Shown here piece after piece: positions 18,377 through 27,663 of a stretch of 61,579 nucleotides of DNA. Source of the stretch: Candidatus Thorarchaeota archaeon (GTDB lineage: Archaea > Asgardarchaeota > Thorarchaeia > Thorarchaeales > Thorarchaeaceae); assembly GCA_016839445.1 (NCBI GenBank), contig JAEOUG010000032.1, positions 1-61,579 on the forward strand, written 5' to 3'. A program made the position numbers and the translations under genes. The notes beneath the pieces are model-generated. The model worked only from the letters and a program-made list of their open reading frames with translations. It had not been told where the DNA came from and searched no databases. The stretch's first letter is position 1, and each line of letters opens with the position of its first letter.

Positions 18377-19408
18377 ATGCGCATACTGAAAATGCAAGAG
18401 AAGTACCTCGAGGTCTTCCTTGAGAGCCTCGACAAGTTTGGCACTCTTTACGGTCCTGTTAGGCGTAGAGGTGTCCTCACATTTGACAAGGTGCATGACC
18501 TGAAGGAAGTGGAACTGGGAGGAGCGCACCCGATTATCCCACTGAAGAAGCTTTTCCATCCGAAGAAGTTCACAATGCTTCACTTCGATGAGAGAGGATT
18601 CTATCCTGACTACTCGATGATTGAACGCAGAGTAGTCCTAGGAGTACACCCATGTGAGATACATGGCCTCCTTAAGCTCGATGATATCTTCCTAACGAAG
18701 CCTGTTGATCCATACTACGCAGGACTCAGGAAGAACACCGCAATCATTGGGTTCTCCTGTCTTCCCACCGAGAACTCCCTCTGTAATTCGACAGGCACTG
18801 ATATCATAGAGGAGGGCTTTGACCTCTTCTTCGTCGATTTGGATGAGTTCTACCTTGTATGGGTGGGTTCGAGTCTGGGACACGACATGATCTACGAGCG
18901 TGAGGAGTTCTTTGAGGAGGACGTCACGCACGAAGACATTCAGAAGTACCTTCAATGGCGTGAGAAGAGGAACAAGATGTTCAAGCATGACTTCGATTTC
19001 AGAAGCATGCCTGACGTAATGGAACTCAGCCATGACAGCGAGGTCTGGGACTACTTCGCAGAGAAATGCCTGTCATGCGGACAGTGTTCAATGGTCTGTC
19101 CGACGTGCAACTGCTACAACGTGACGGATGTCTTTGATGTAACGAACGAGAGCGTAGGAAGACGCGAGCGAGTCTGGGACAGCTGCATGTTCGTTGACTA
19201 TAGTCTCGTTTCGGGAGGCCACAACTTCAGGGCAAAGAGAGCCGACAGACTGAAGCTCTGGTACACTCACAAGTTGAAGTCCTTTGGTGACGAGTATGGG
19301 CAGCCGGGATGTGTAGGTTGCGGAAGGTGTGTAGACACCTGTCCTGTGGATATCAATGTCCTGACGGTGGCACAGGCTCTCACTGCAAGGGAGGTGCCAA
19401 AGCATTGA
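18377..19408 (+). CDS. hydB: Group 3b hydrogenase beta subunit (Fe-S)
   Basis: GVHPCE, CLSCGQCSMVCPTCNC, CVGCGRCVDTCP. Start at ATG 18377. Confidence 0.9.
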   Translation: MRILKMQEKYLEVFLESLDKFGTLYGPVRRRGVLTFDKVHDLKEVELGGAHPIIPLKKLFHPKKFTMLHFDERGFYPDYSMIERRVVLGVHPCEIHGLLKLDDIFLTKPVDPYYAGLRKNTAIIGFSCLPTENSLCNSTGTDIIEEGFDLFFVDLDEFYLVWVGSSLGHDMIYEREEFFEEDVTHEDIQKYLQWREKRNKMFKHDFDFRSMPDVMELSHDSEVWDYFAEKCLSCGQCSMVCPTCNCYNVTDVFDVTNESVGRRERVWDSCMFVDYSLVSGGHNFRAKRADRLKLWYTHKLKSFGDEYGQPGCVGCGRCVDTCPVDINVLTVAQALTAREVPKH

Positions 19409-20253
19409 ATGTATCGGAACAGATAGAGAACCCGTATCTGCCGGAGCCAGCACGGATTGTCAGGCACTATGATCTGATAAAGGACCATCGGTTTTTCCAA
19501 ATCCGTCATCTGGATATGCACAGGGCGATGTCCTTCACCTATCAGCCTGGCCAGTTCATCATGGTATCAATCCCTGGTGTTGGAGAGGCACCGTTCTCAA
19601 TCTCATCTACTCCGAGCCGGCCGGGCATCCTCGAGCTGGGAGTCAGAAAGATGGGAAAGGTGACTGAAGCCTTCTTCCAGAAGAGGGACAATGATGTCAT
19701 CTACATCAGAGGACCTTACGGGAATGGATTCAAGCTGGACCAGATGGTCAACAAGGACATCATCATCGTGGCCGGCGGACTGGGCGTAATCCCGCTACGT
19801 TCAATCCTATACTATGCTCTGGACAACAGAGATCAGTTTGGCCGCGTCTTCTTCATGTATGGCGCTCGTAACCCCTCGGAGGTTCTGTTCAAGAGCGAGT
19901 TCTTCCAGTTGAAGGAGCGGGATGACATTGACTGCTTCTATACTGTTGACAAGCCTGATGAGACCTGGACAGAGAATGCAGGTGTTGTCACCAAGTTGTT
20001 CAAACACCTTCCAGATATCGACCCTAGGAATACCACTGCTGTAGTCTGCGGGCCGCCTGTCATGTACAAGTTTGTGATTGACGAGTTTCTGAAACTCAAG
20101 ATACCGAAGAACCAGATACAGCTGTCGCTCGAACGGAGAATGAAGTGCGGTGTGGGCAAGTGTGGACATTGCGCACTAGACCACCTCTACACCTGCAACG
20201 ATGGACCTGTGTTCACATACTGGGACACTCTTCACTTCAGGGAGTTGATTTGA
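19405..20253 (+). CDS. hydG: Group 3b hydrogenase gamma subunit (FAD/NAD(P))
   Basis: PGQF, GEAPFSIS, RGPYGNGF, AGGLG, CGPPVM, MKCGVGKCGHC. TTG start overlapping the hydB stop, after GGAGGTG. Confidence 0.9.
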   Translation: MNVSEQIENPYLPEPARIVRHYDLIKDHRFFQIRHLDMHRAMSFTYQPGQFIMVSIPGVGEAPFSISSTPSRPGILELGVRKMGKVTEAFFQKRDNDVIYIRGPYGNGFKLDQMVNKDIIIVAGGLGVIPLRSILYYALDNRDQFGRVFFMYGARNPSEVLFKSEFFQLKERDDIDCFYTVDKPDETWTENAGVVTKLFKHLPDIDPRNTTAVVCGPPVMYKFVIDEFLKLKIPKNQIQLSLERRMKCGVGKCGHCALDHLYTCNDGPVFTYWDTLHFRELI

Positions 20254-20254
20254 G

Positions 20255-21040
20255 ATGACCTTCACATACGAACAACGACAAGCACCAAAGCCAAAGGTAG
20301 GTATCTACGGCTTCACAGGCTGCGCAGGAGACCAGCTCCTCATCATTCACACAGAGAAGGAGATTCTGAATCTCTTCGGATCAGTCGACATCAAGTCCTT
20401 CGTCATGGCCTCGAGCAACCCCGTCGAGGGCGAACTCGACGTGGCCTTTGTGGAAGGCAGCGTCAGCACGGAAGAAGAGAGAGAGCACCTGCTCGAGATC
20501 AGGAAGCGTGCGAAGATTCTCGTGGCGATGGGCAACTGCGCAGTCAGTGGCGGACCTCAAGCAATGTACACGGGAGATGGAAAATTCGCCTCGAGACTAA
20601 AGAAGGTCTACGGGGATGTTCAGTTCATCACCGAACCCTTGGAGGCGAAACCCCTCGATGCATTTGTAGACATCGACTATTACCTCCCGGGATGCCCCAT
20701 CAGTGCCCCTCAGACCTTTGCACTCATCTCCAGGCTGATACACGGTGCAACTCCCGAGCCCTATCCACACCCAGTCTGTCACGAGTGCAAACTCAATGAG
20801 ACACCATGTCTCCTGCTTGAGAAGAAGTTTTGCCTTGGACCGCTGGTTGCAGGAGGATGCGGGGCGGTATGCCCTGAACATGGTCTTCCGTGCGTGGGCT
20901 GCTGGGGGCCAAATGAGGATGCCAACTTCGCGAGCCACGTCGAACTCCTAGAGAGCTTTGGAATCACGAAGAAAGACATCATGAGACGTATTCACAACTT
21001 CGGGGGTCACAAGATCCTCAAGCACATCGAGAACCTATAG
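20255..21040 (+). CDS. hydD: Group 3b hydrogenase delta (small) subunit
   Basis: GCAGDQL (Asp replaces the second Cys), VEGSV, GNCA, PGCP, VCHEC..C..CLG, GCGAVCP..PCVGCWG. Confidence 0.9.
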   Translation: MTFTYEQRQAPKPKVGIYGFTGCAGDQLLIIHTEKEILNLFGSVDIKSFVMASSNPVEGELDVAFVEGSVSTEEEREHLLEIRKRAKILVAMGNCAVSGGPQAMYTGDGKFASRLKKVYGDVQFITEPLEAKPLDAFVDIDYYLPGCPISAPQTFALISRLIHGATPEPYPHPVCHECKLNETPCLLLEKKFCLGPLVAGGCGAVCPEHGLPCVGCWGPNEDANFASHVELLESFGITKKDIMRRIHNFGGHKILKHIENL

Positions 21041-21054
21041 CGGAGGAAGATTCA

Positions 21055-22350
21055 ATGTCAGGCAAAGAGAACATCATCATTGAGCCGTTGGCCAGAGTGG
21101 AAGGACATGGAGGAATCAAGGTAGAGATTCAGGGCAACAAGATCAGCAACGTTGAAGTGAGGATTCTCGAAGGGCCGAGGCTCTTTGAGACCCTTGTAGT
21201 CGGAAAGACCCCTGAGGAAGACCTTAGCATAGTCCCCAGAATCTGTGCGATATGTAACCTCTCTCACAAGTACGCAGCTCTGAGGGGGCTTGAGAAGGCC
21301 TTAGGTGTTGAGATTCCCGATATAACGCAGACCTACCGTCAGCTCATGCATCACGGAGAGATGATTGAGAGTCACAGTCTGCATATCTACTTCCTTGCGT
21401 TGCCAGATTTCCTCGGGTACGACAATGCAGTAGCGATGGCGGACAAATACGGAGGTACTGTCACAAAGGCTCTGCAGATGAAGGCCTTCGGAAACAAGAT
21501 CATGCGACTGATGGGTGGCAGGATGATTCACGGAGAGAATCCAATCCTAGGGGGATTCGGGAAGCTCCCCACGAGAGATGAGCTCATAGAGCTCAAGAAT
21601 GAGGCGCTGGAACTCCTTCCCTTTGCTATGGAGACCATAGATCTCCTATCGCAGCTCGAAATCCCGGACCACATGGAGCGTGAAACGCAGTTCCTCTGCT
21701 GCAAGCCGCCCCATGATGACTACGACTACTATGGAGATGTGCTTCTGACTTCTGATGGTAAGGAGCACCCCGTCGAGAAATACAAGACGGTAATCAAGGA
21801 ACGAGTTGTCAGCCACAGCTTCGCGAAGCGTGGTACCTACAAGGATAAGCCGTTCACTGTCGGAGCCAACGCACGAGTTATCCTTCTCGGGAATCGTCTG
21901 AAGGGTAAGGCAAAGCGAGCGTACGAGAAGCTCTACAGCGACCGCTGGCTGCGTAATCCTCTGTACAACAATCACGCGCAAGCTATAGAGCAAGTCTACT
22001 CACTGGAGGGCGTGATTGAAGTCGTGAACAAGCTTCTGGACAGCGACGAACCGGGAGTGGCAGTGCCAACACAGGACACTGGTGAAGGCGTTGGCGCTGT
22101 GGAGGCACCCCGAGGCACTCTCATTCACAGCTACAAGATCAAGGAAGGCAAGACCGCAGCTGCAGACTTCATTACTCCCACTGCCATGTTCCTGGATGAC
22201 ATTGAGGAGTTCATCAGAGCCAGCGGAGAACACCTTCTGGCCAAGAGAGCCATGGACAACATCGAACTCCAGTTTGAGATGATTGCCCGCGCCTTTGACC
22301 CGTGCATCAGCTGTAGTGCCCACCTTGTCACGGTAGAGTTCAAGGATTAG
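21055..22350 (+). CDS. hydA: Group 3b [NiFe]-hydrogenase alpha (large) subunit
   Basis: RVEGHG, RICAIC, EAPRG, DPCISCSAH, plus a short extension. Confidence 0.95.
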   Translation: MSGKENIIIEPLARVEGHGGIKVEIQGNKISNVEVRILEGPRLFETLVVGKTPEEDLSIVPRICAICNLSHKYAALRGLEKALGVEIPDITQTYRQLMHHGEMIESHSLHIYFLALPDFLGYDNAVAMADKYGGTVTKALQMKAFGNKIMRLMGGRMIHGENPILGGFGKLPTRDELIELKNEALELLPFAMETIDLLSQLEIPDHMERETQFLCCKPPHDDYDYYGDVLLTSDGKEHPVEKYKTVIKERVVSHSFAKRGTYKDKPFTVGANARVILLGNRLKGKAKRAYEKLYSDRWLRNPLYNNHAQAIEQVYSLEGVIEVVNKLLDSDEPGVAVPTQDTGEGVGAVEAPRGTLIHSYKIKEGKTAAADFITPTAMFLDDIEEFIRASGEHLLAKRAMDNIELQFEMIARAFDPCISCSAHLVTVEFKD

Positions 22351-22357
22351 TAAGAGA

Positions 22358-22654
22358 ATGGCTCAGTATTGTGTCATGGTCAAGGGCCCCTGCAGGGGAA
22401 GGAAGTGCGACTTCTGGGCAAGAGTCAAGATAAGGAAGAGCACCATAGACAGGTTAGTGGAGGACTTGGTGACCTCCATTGTGGTCTGTTATGCAGAGGG
22501 CAGATACGACATAGAAGATGCTTTCCATCAATACTGGACACTAGTGGGAGTCAGAGACCGTGAAGTGCTCTGCGTGGAAGAGCCTGAGTTGTGTGGCAAG
22601 ATGAGAGCGGCCGAAGATCGAGCCGCTGCAATGATCCTGGCATCTAAGCACTAG
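22358..22654 (+). CDS. Small Cys-rich hypothetical protein
   Basis: Starts 7 bp after hydA; YCVMVKGPCRGRKCDFW and LCVEEPELC. Confidence 0.6.
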   Translation: MAQYCVMVKGPCRGRKCDFWARVKIRKSTIDRLVEDLVTSIVVCYAEGRYDIEDAFHQYWTLVGVRDREVLCVEEPELCGKMRAAEDRAAAMILASKH

Positions 22655-24299
22655 CGAATTGCCCGGGAATGGGAATCATGTTTCCCCTGTTGATTAGCCA
22701 CTTGGAGTCAAGCGACAACTTCACGCTCTGCATCTCTGAGATGCCCTTCTCACCATACATTATCTCAAGGAAGGGCCTCTTCAACTTGCCAATGCCATGC
22801 TCTGCAGCCACAGTGCCGCCGAGTTCCACTGCACGCTTCGCGAAAGCCATGTAGTTCCGCATTCCCTGCTCTACTTCTTCCGAGTTTCTGGGTATCATGT
22901 TTACATGCAGATGGCCATCGCCGATGTGCCCGAATATCACATACTCCATTCCTTGCTCCTCGAGGACTGACCTATAGAAGGCAATGTAGTCCTTGAGTGC
23001 ATCCGCTGGCACCGCCATGTCAGTCCCAATCTTGTGGATATCGTGATACTGAGCCTTTCTTTGAGCGATTAGGCCGTTGATAGTTTCAGGGACGAAATGT
23101 CGGACAGTCTTCATCTTCTCGAGCTCGGTTCTGTCGAGACCAGCCCAGCTTGACTCGGAAGATGTGTTGTGTCGATTCAGCATCTCCTCCAAGCCCATTA
23201 CGGTCTCCTCCATCTTATCCTCAGTATACGAGAACTCGAAGAACACTATTGCATGCGTGGTCTCCTTCATCGCAGGAACCTTGATGCCTGCGGAGCTTGC
23301 TTTCTCGCGTATCATCTTGATAGCGTTCGGACCGAAGTATTCGATGAAGTCCATCTTGATTGGAGAGCCGGGGTCTCGTGCATCATATACGAAATTGACG
23401 GCGTCATCCTCGCTCGGGAAGAAGGCCATGACTGTCATGATGCTCTCTTCGAGCTGAATTAGGCCAAGCTCCACCATGGTGACCACACCCAGAATACCCT
23501 CAGAGCCGATGAACAGGTCAATGAGATCCATGTCGGGCTCTGCGTAGAGACCTGCCGCGTTCTTGGTCTTAGGCATCTGATAGGTCGGAATTGCGACTTC
23601 GTGTTCTGTGCCATCACTGAATGCTATGACGAATCTGCCACCCTCGGCTTTCACCTCGCCCCTCCGAATGTCAAGGATGTCGCCATTTGCCAGCACAACC
23701 CTGATCCTGTACACCCATGGTCTGACTGCACCATATCGAAATGTCCGGGCACCAGAGGCATTACAGGCCACGATTCCTCCAAGCCAAGCACTGGTTTCGG
23801 TAGGGTCCACAGGAAATGTGTAGTCACCAGACTCACCAAGGAAACGTGCCAAGGCTTCTTTCTGAGCTTCAGTTCCCTTTCCGTCAAGTTCGGTGAGATT
23901 ACGGGAACCCACCATCTTGACTAGGTCCTCAAGGGGGAGACCCGCCTGTGCAGCTATTGTATACCGCTTCGCTGCTTCATCGAAGTCCATGTAGAGTAGT
24001 CCAGTGAGCCTCTCCAGATTGAGGGCAATCCCACCGAGGGGAACGCTCGCCCCAGTGAGTCCGGTGCGTCCTCCCTGAATGGTCACTGGAGAGCCATCGT
24101 GAAAAGCCCTCTTCATCACAGCGGCAATCTCAGCCTCGGACGAGGGAAACACAATCTGTTCAGCCATACCGTCGAACGAATGGCTCTCGTCATCAAGGTA
24201 CAGAGCATAAGTGTCGGTGATTTCACTCTGGTCCGATACAATCTTGATACCGGTTGGATCGGCCTCTTGGGGAGGCTCTGCGATTATCCTATTCGTCAT
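22644..24299 (-). CDS. FAD-linked oxidase (D-lactate dehydrogenase/GlcD family)
   Basis: GGRTGLTG, GGIVACNASG, FIGSEGILG, FGHIGDGHLH, AEHGIGKLK. Confidence 0.92.
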   Translation of the reverse strand: MTNRIIAEPPQEADPTGIKIVSDQSEITDTYALYLDDESHSFDGMAEQIVFPSSEAEIAAVMKRAFHDGSPVTIQGGRTGLTGASVPLGGIALNLERLTGLLYMDFDEAAKRYTIAAQAGLPLEDLVKMVGSRNLTELDGKGTEAQKEALARFLGESGDYTFPVDPTETSAWLGGIVACNASGARTFRYGAVRPWVYRIRVVLANGDILDIRRGEVKAEGGRFVIAFSDGTEHEVAIPTYQMPKTKNAAGLYAEPDMDLIDLFIGSEGILGVVTMVELGLIQLEESIMTVMAFFPSEDDAVNFVYDARDPGSPIKMDFIEYFGPNAIKMIREKASSAGIKVPAMKETTHAIVFFEFSYTEDKMEETVMGLEEMLNRHNTSSESSWAGLDRTELEKMKTVRHFVPETINGLIAQRKAQYHDIHKIGTDMAVPADALKDYIAFYRSVLEEQGMEYVIFGHIGDGHLHVNMIPRNSEEVEQGMRNYMAFAKRAVELGGTVAAEHGIGKLKRPFLEIMYGEKGISEMQSVKLSLDSKWLINRGNMIPIPGQFASA

Positions 24300-24416
24300 T
24301 GTGGCACCTCAGAACCGGGAGAGCCTTTCTCTGAACATCGTGATATCAAGGATTTGGTAGGGGAGGTATGATGCAATGCCTTTAAGACGCAGATACTCTG
24401 GCATTGCCCCTCGTGG

Positions 24417-25334
24417 TTGAAGTCCTTGCGAATTGCCGCCGTTTCAGATCTCCACGTGTTGCCTGATAGTAGAGATGATCTGCTTCTTGCTGCAATCAAG
24501 GACAGAGTAGAAGCAATAGACCCTGACGTGTTTATTGTGGCTGGCGATACCAGCGATCACCTCAGCGTCGTGTCAAGATCACTCGGGCTCCTCCGCGTTG
24601 AGAATTGTGAGAACTTCTACGTGGCAGGCAACCACGACATCTGGTTCGAGCAGGATGGGGGACCAGGGTCCTTGGAGAAGTACTCTAGGATTCTGGGCGA
24701 GGTTTGTGCGGAACAGAGATTCCACCACCTTCCTGATGCTCCAATCATCCTAGAAGACACTGCCTTTGTCGGCTCGATCGGCTGGTATGATTACTCCTTC
24801 AGAAGGGAGGAGATGGCCATCCCAATAGAGAGCTATGAGGGAAAAGAACACAAGGGGGCCGTCTGGTATGACCTCTTTCGCGTTGACTGGCGTTTCACCG
24901 ACCGCGAAGCCACCGACTTGTTCAACCGTCGGATACAGTACGACATCGATTCTCTGCCCGATCGTACGGAACGGATTGTGTATGTTTCACATCATCTACC
25001 ATTTCGCGAGCTGACTGTCTACAAGAACCGCTTTCCATGGGATTTCCACAGCGCCTTCATGGGAGCGACAAGTACTGGAGAGCTTCTCAAGAGTGAAAAC
25101 CGTGTAGTCCTGACAATCTCTGGACACAGCCACGTCAGAACCAGAGCAACCATCAATGGAATCACTGCACTGACCGTTCCCCTGGGGTACGGGAGACCAG
25201 CAGAGGAGGACCTGCAGGAGTTCGCAAGGAGCGCCGTTGCCGAAATCAGAGTTGACGAAGAAAGAGTGGAAGTGAAGGGATTCATTGAGGGAGACATCTG
25301 TGATGGGCTTGAGTATGTGTCGTCAAGAGGCTGA
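24417..25334 (+). CDS. Calcineurin-like metallophosphoesterase
   Basis: SDLH, AGD, GNHD, HHLP, GHSH. Confidence 0.9.
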   Translation: MKSLRIAAVSDLHVLPDSRDDLLLAAIKDRVEAIDPDVFIVAGDTSDHLSVVSRSLGLLRVENCENFYVAGNHDIWFEQDGGPGSLEKYSRILGEVCAEQRFHHLPDAPIILEDTAFVGSIGWYDYSFRREEMAIPIESYEGKEHKGAVWYDLFRVDWRFTDREATDLFNRRIQYDIDSLPDRTERIVYVSHHLPFRELTVYKNRFPWDFHSAFMGATSTGELLKSENRVVLTISGHSHVRTRATINGITALTVPLGYGRPAEEDLQEFARSAVAEIRVDEERVEVKGFIEGDICDGLEYVSSRG

Positions 25335-25461
25335 GCTTCTGCAGGGACAGCCCCAACTAGTCGAGGAAAGTACGACACATTAATGAGTGGGTGAGCAGAA
25401 TCACGAGCTACTCAGTCTTTCGCGCCAAGGCTTGAGAGAAGCAAGAGATGGGAAAAGCAAC

Positions 25462-26883
25462 ATGAAGAAGCCGGGCTGGGAAATCATCGCCGCGATTGGT
25501 GTTGCCCTGATGACGGTGGTGGCGATTTCTCTCCTCTTTTCCTACCAGAGCCTCTTCGGTCTTCAGCTTTCTGTCATAGTTGTCTTCATCGGGACCTATC
25601 TTCTGATATCTACCGAGAAGGTGAACAGGACTGCGATGTCCCTTCTAGGAGTGGCCATTGTAGGACTGATTCTGTGGATTGCACTCGTCGGTGAGCCCGT
25701 ATTCGGAGGGTCAATCGGAGGTGTCGAATTCCATACCCTAATTGAACATGTCGAGTGGGACACCATAATCTTCATCATCGCGATGAGCGTGATAGTGTCC
25801 GTTGCTGCCGCCTCTGGTCTCTTCCAGTACATCGCCCTGAGAATCGCAGCTATGAGCAGAGGCGATCACAAGCGACTCTTCATCACCTTTCTCATCTTCG
25901 TGTCAGGAATCAGTCTGTTCTTTGATACCGTATCTACGATGCTGATAGCTGCTCCACTCACTATCGAGATCTGCAGAGCCTTGGAAATCGACTTCAAACC
26001 GTTCCTCGTTTCCGAGGCAATTGTGTGCAACTTCTCCTCAATACCCTCCATCGTGGGAGCCGTTCCCAATATCGTCATTGCTGACAAGACTCAGCTTGAT
26101 GTGGGTGTCCTCTTCGTCACGTTCATGCCCCTTTCCATCATCCTATTCGTTGTCAGCTTGCCCATCCTACTGCGGTGGTACGGCTCAACCTTCGGAGAAA
26201 CCGAAAAGCACCGGGCAGACGCCGTGTTCTCCATTGATCCTAGCACCATGATAAAGGACCGCTGGGACTTCAATATCTCGGCGGCTGCTATTGTGTTCCT
26301 CGTGATTGGCTTCGCACTCGGTCCTGCGTTCGGCCTCGTGCCGCCAATGGTTGCACTGATACTTGCAGGTCTGCTTCTCTTGCTGGCTCATGAACGTGCC
26401 AACGAGTTTCTCAATAGAGTGGGCTGGCCAACGGTCTTCTTTCTCGTTGGTCTCTTTGGATTGGTAGGGGCGCTTGACATTACCGGACTCATTGACGCTC
26501 TGGCCTCGTCAATCGCACCAATAGTTGGGAACGATGCCGCGTTCGCCACTGTATTCCTAGTCTGGATTCCAGCAATGCTCTCTGCGTTCCTAGACAACCT
26601 GCCAGTTTCTGCGGTCTTGGCTCCGATTGCTGTCGACCCCACAATCTCGTCAGTCACTCCTCTGCTACCCTTGGCCTTGGTTTTTGCTGTGAACATCGGA
26701 GGCTACATCTTCACCCCCCTCGGCTCGCCGGCCAACATGGTGGTGATCGGGCTTTCAGAGAGAGAGCATGATCCAATACCCTTCATCGAATTCGTGAAGA
26801 TTGGAACTCTTCTCGGAATTGTTCACTTGGCCATCGGAAGTGGTTATCTACTCATGATTAGCTTCTTCCTCGGCATATTATGA
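25462..26883 (+). CDS. ArsB/NhaD (ion transporter superfamily, P-permease-like) transporter, paralog 1
   Basis: EKVNRTAMSL, EWDTI, SGLFQYIA, DNLP, TPLGSPAN; about 13 TM segments. Confidence 0.85.
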   Translation: MKKPGWEIIAAIGVALMTVVAISLLFSYQSLFGLQLSVIVVFIGTYLLISTEKVNRTAMSLLGVAIVGLILWIALVGEPVFGGSIGGVEFHTLIEHVEWDTIIFIIAMSVIVSVAAASGLFQYIALRIAAMSRGDHKRLFITFLIFVSGISLFFDTVSTMLIAAPLTIEICRALEIDFKPFLVSEAIVCNFSSIPSIVGAVPNIVIADKTQLDVGVLFVTFMPLSIILFVVSLPILLRWYGSTFGETEKHRADAVFSIDPSTMIKDRWDFNISAAAIVFLVIGFALGPAFGLVPPMVALILAGLLLLLAHERANEFLNRVGWPTVFFLVGLFGLVGALDITGLIDALASSIAPIVGNDAAFATVFLVWIPAMLSAFLDNLPVSAVLAPIAVDPTISSVTPLLPLALVFAVNIGGYIFTPLGSPANMVVIGLSEREHDPIPFIEFVKIGTLLGIVHLAIGSGYLLMISFFLGIL

Positions 26884-27082
26884 CCTGCAGAAGGAGGAGG
26901 CGCCATATTCCGTCTTACGGCCGCCGGGAGGACGACACAGCGGAAACATGACGCCAAACTCAAACTATGCACTTATCAGGTATTTAGCCTTCCTAAACTG
27001 ACGAATTGCGCAAATGGAAACGACATCAGCCGTAGTTTTATCAGCGTCATCCAGACTGGCCACATGACCAAGGAGAGCGCAC

Positions 27083-27589
27083 TTGTTGCCTAAGAGATCT
27101 CGTTGCCCACACTGTGACCGTCTCTTCCCTCGCGATGTGCTGGATGAGCACATCCTCAAGTGCAGACAGAAGGGCAGAAACCTCGATGTCACTGCGGGGA
27201 GCTTCAGGAGGCTAGTAGTGGATGGCAATAATGTCGCATACTACCTCTCAACCGACGGCAGACCCCAGGTCAAGAACCTGCTTCTCGCTCACAACAGCCT
27301 CATTAGCGCAGGATATCGGCCCATCTTCGTCATATCAGCGGCGTTGGTACACAACATAGATAGACCGCAAGACCTCCAGGCATTTTTGTCACAGGTGGAA
27401 TCAGTGAAGGCTGCACGAGGGACTGATGACGACTTGAAGATCATTCAGACCGCGCAGAAGCTCAACGCCGGTATCCTTTCGAATGACAGGTTCTTGAACT
27501 GGACAGACAAACATCCTTGGCTGAGTGATAGATTGCACAGATACAGGATGACGCCGTCGGGACTGATCCTGACGAGGATTCGCCGCTGA
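27083..27589 (+). CDS. NYN/PIN-fold RNase (Zc3h12a/Regnase-like) with N-terminal C2HC zinc finger
   Basis: CPHCDRLF..VLDEHILKC, VVDGNNVA, DDD..II..A, ILSNDRF. TTG start after AAGGAG. Confidence 0.8.
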   Translation: MLPKRSRCPHCDRLFPRDVLDEHILKCRQKGRNLDVTAGSFRRLVVDGNNVAYYLSTDGRPQVKNLLLAHNSLISAGYRPIFVISAALVHNIDRPQDLQAFLSQVESVKAARGTDDDLKIIQTAQKLNAGILSNDRFLNWTDKHPWLSDRLHRYRMTPSGLILTRIRR

Positions 27590-27663
27590 TTTAGGATGCA
27601 ACAGCTACTAATATCGGGACCATCGACACATGACTATACAACGTCGGAAAGTGGTATGAATCA

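Noticed and set aside
1877-22350. Selenocysteine or pyrrolysine read-through in the hydrogenases or MsrA
   Set aside because: All catalytic positions are ordinary Cys codons in uninterrupted frames. No in-frame TGA or TAG with continuing homology was seen.
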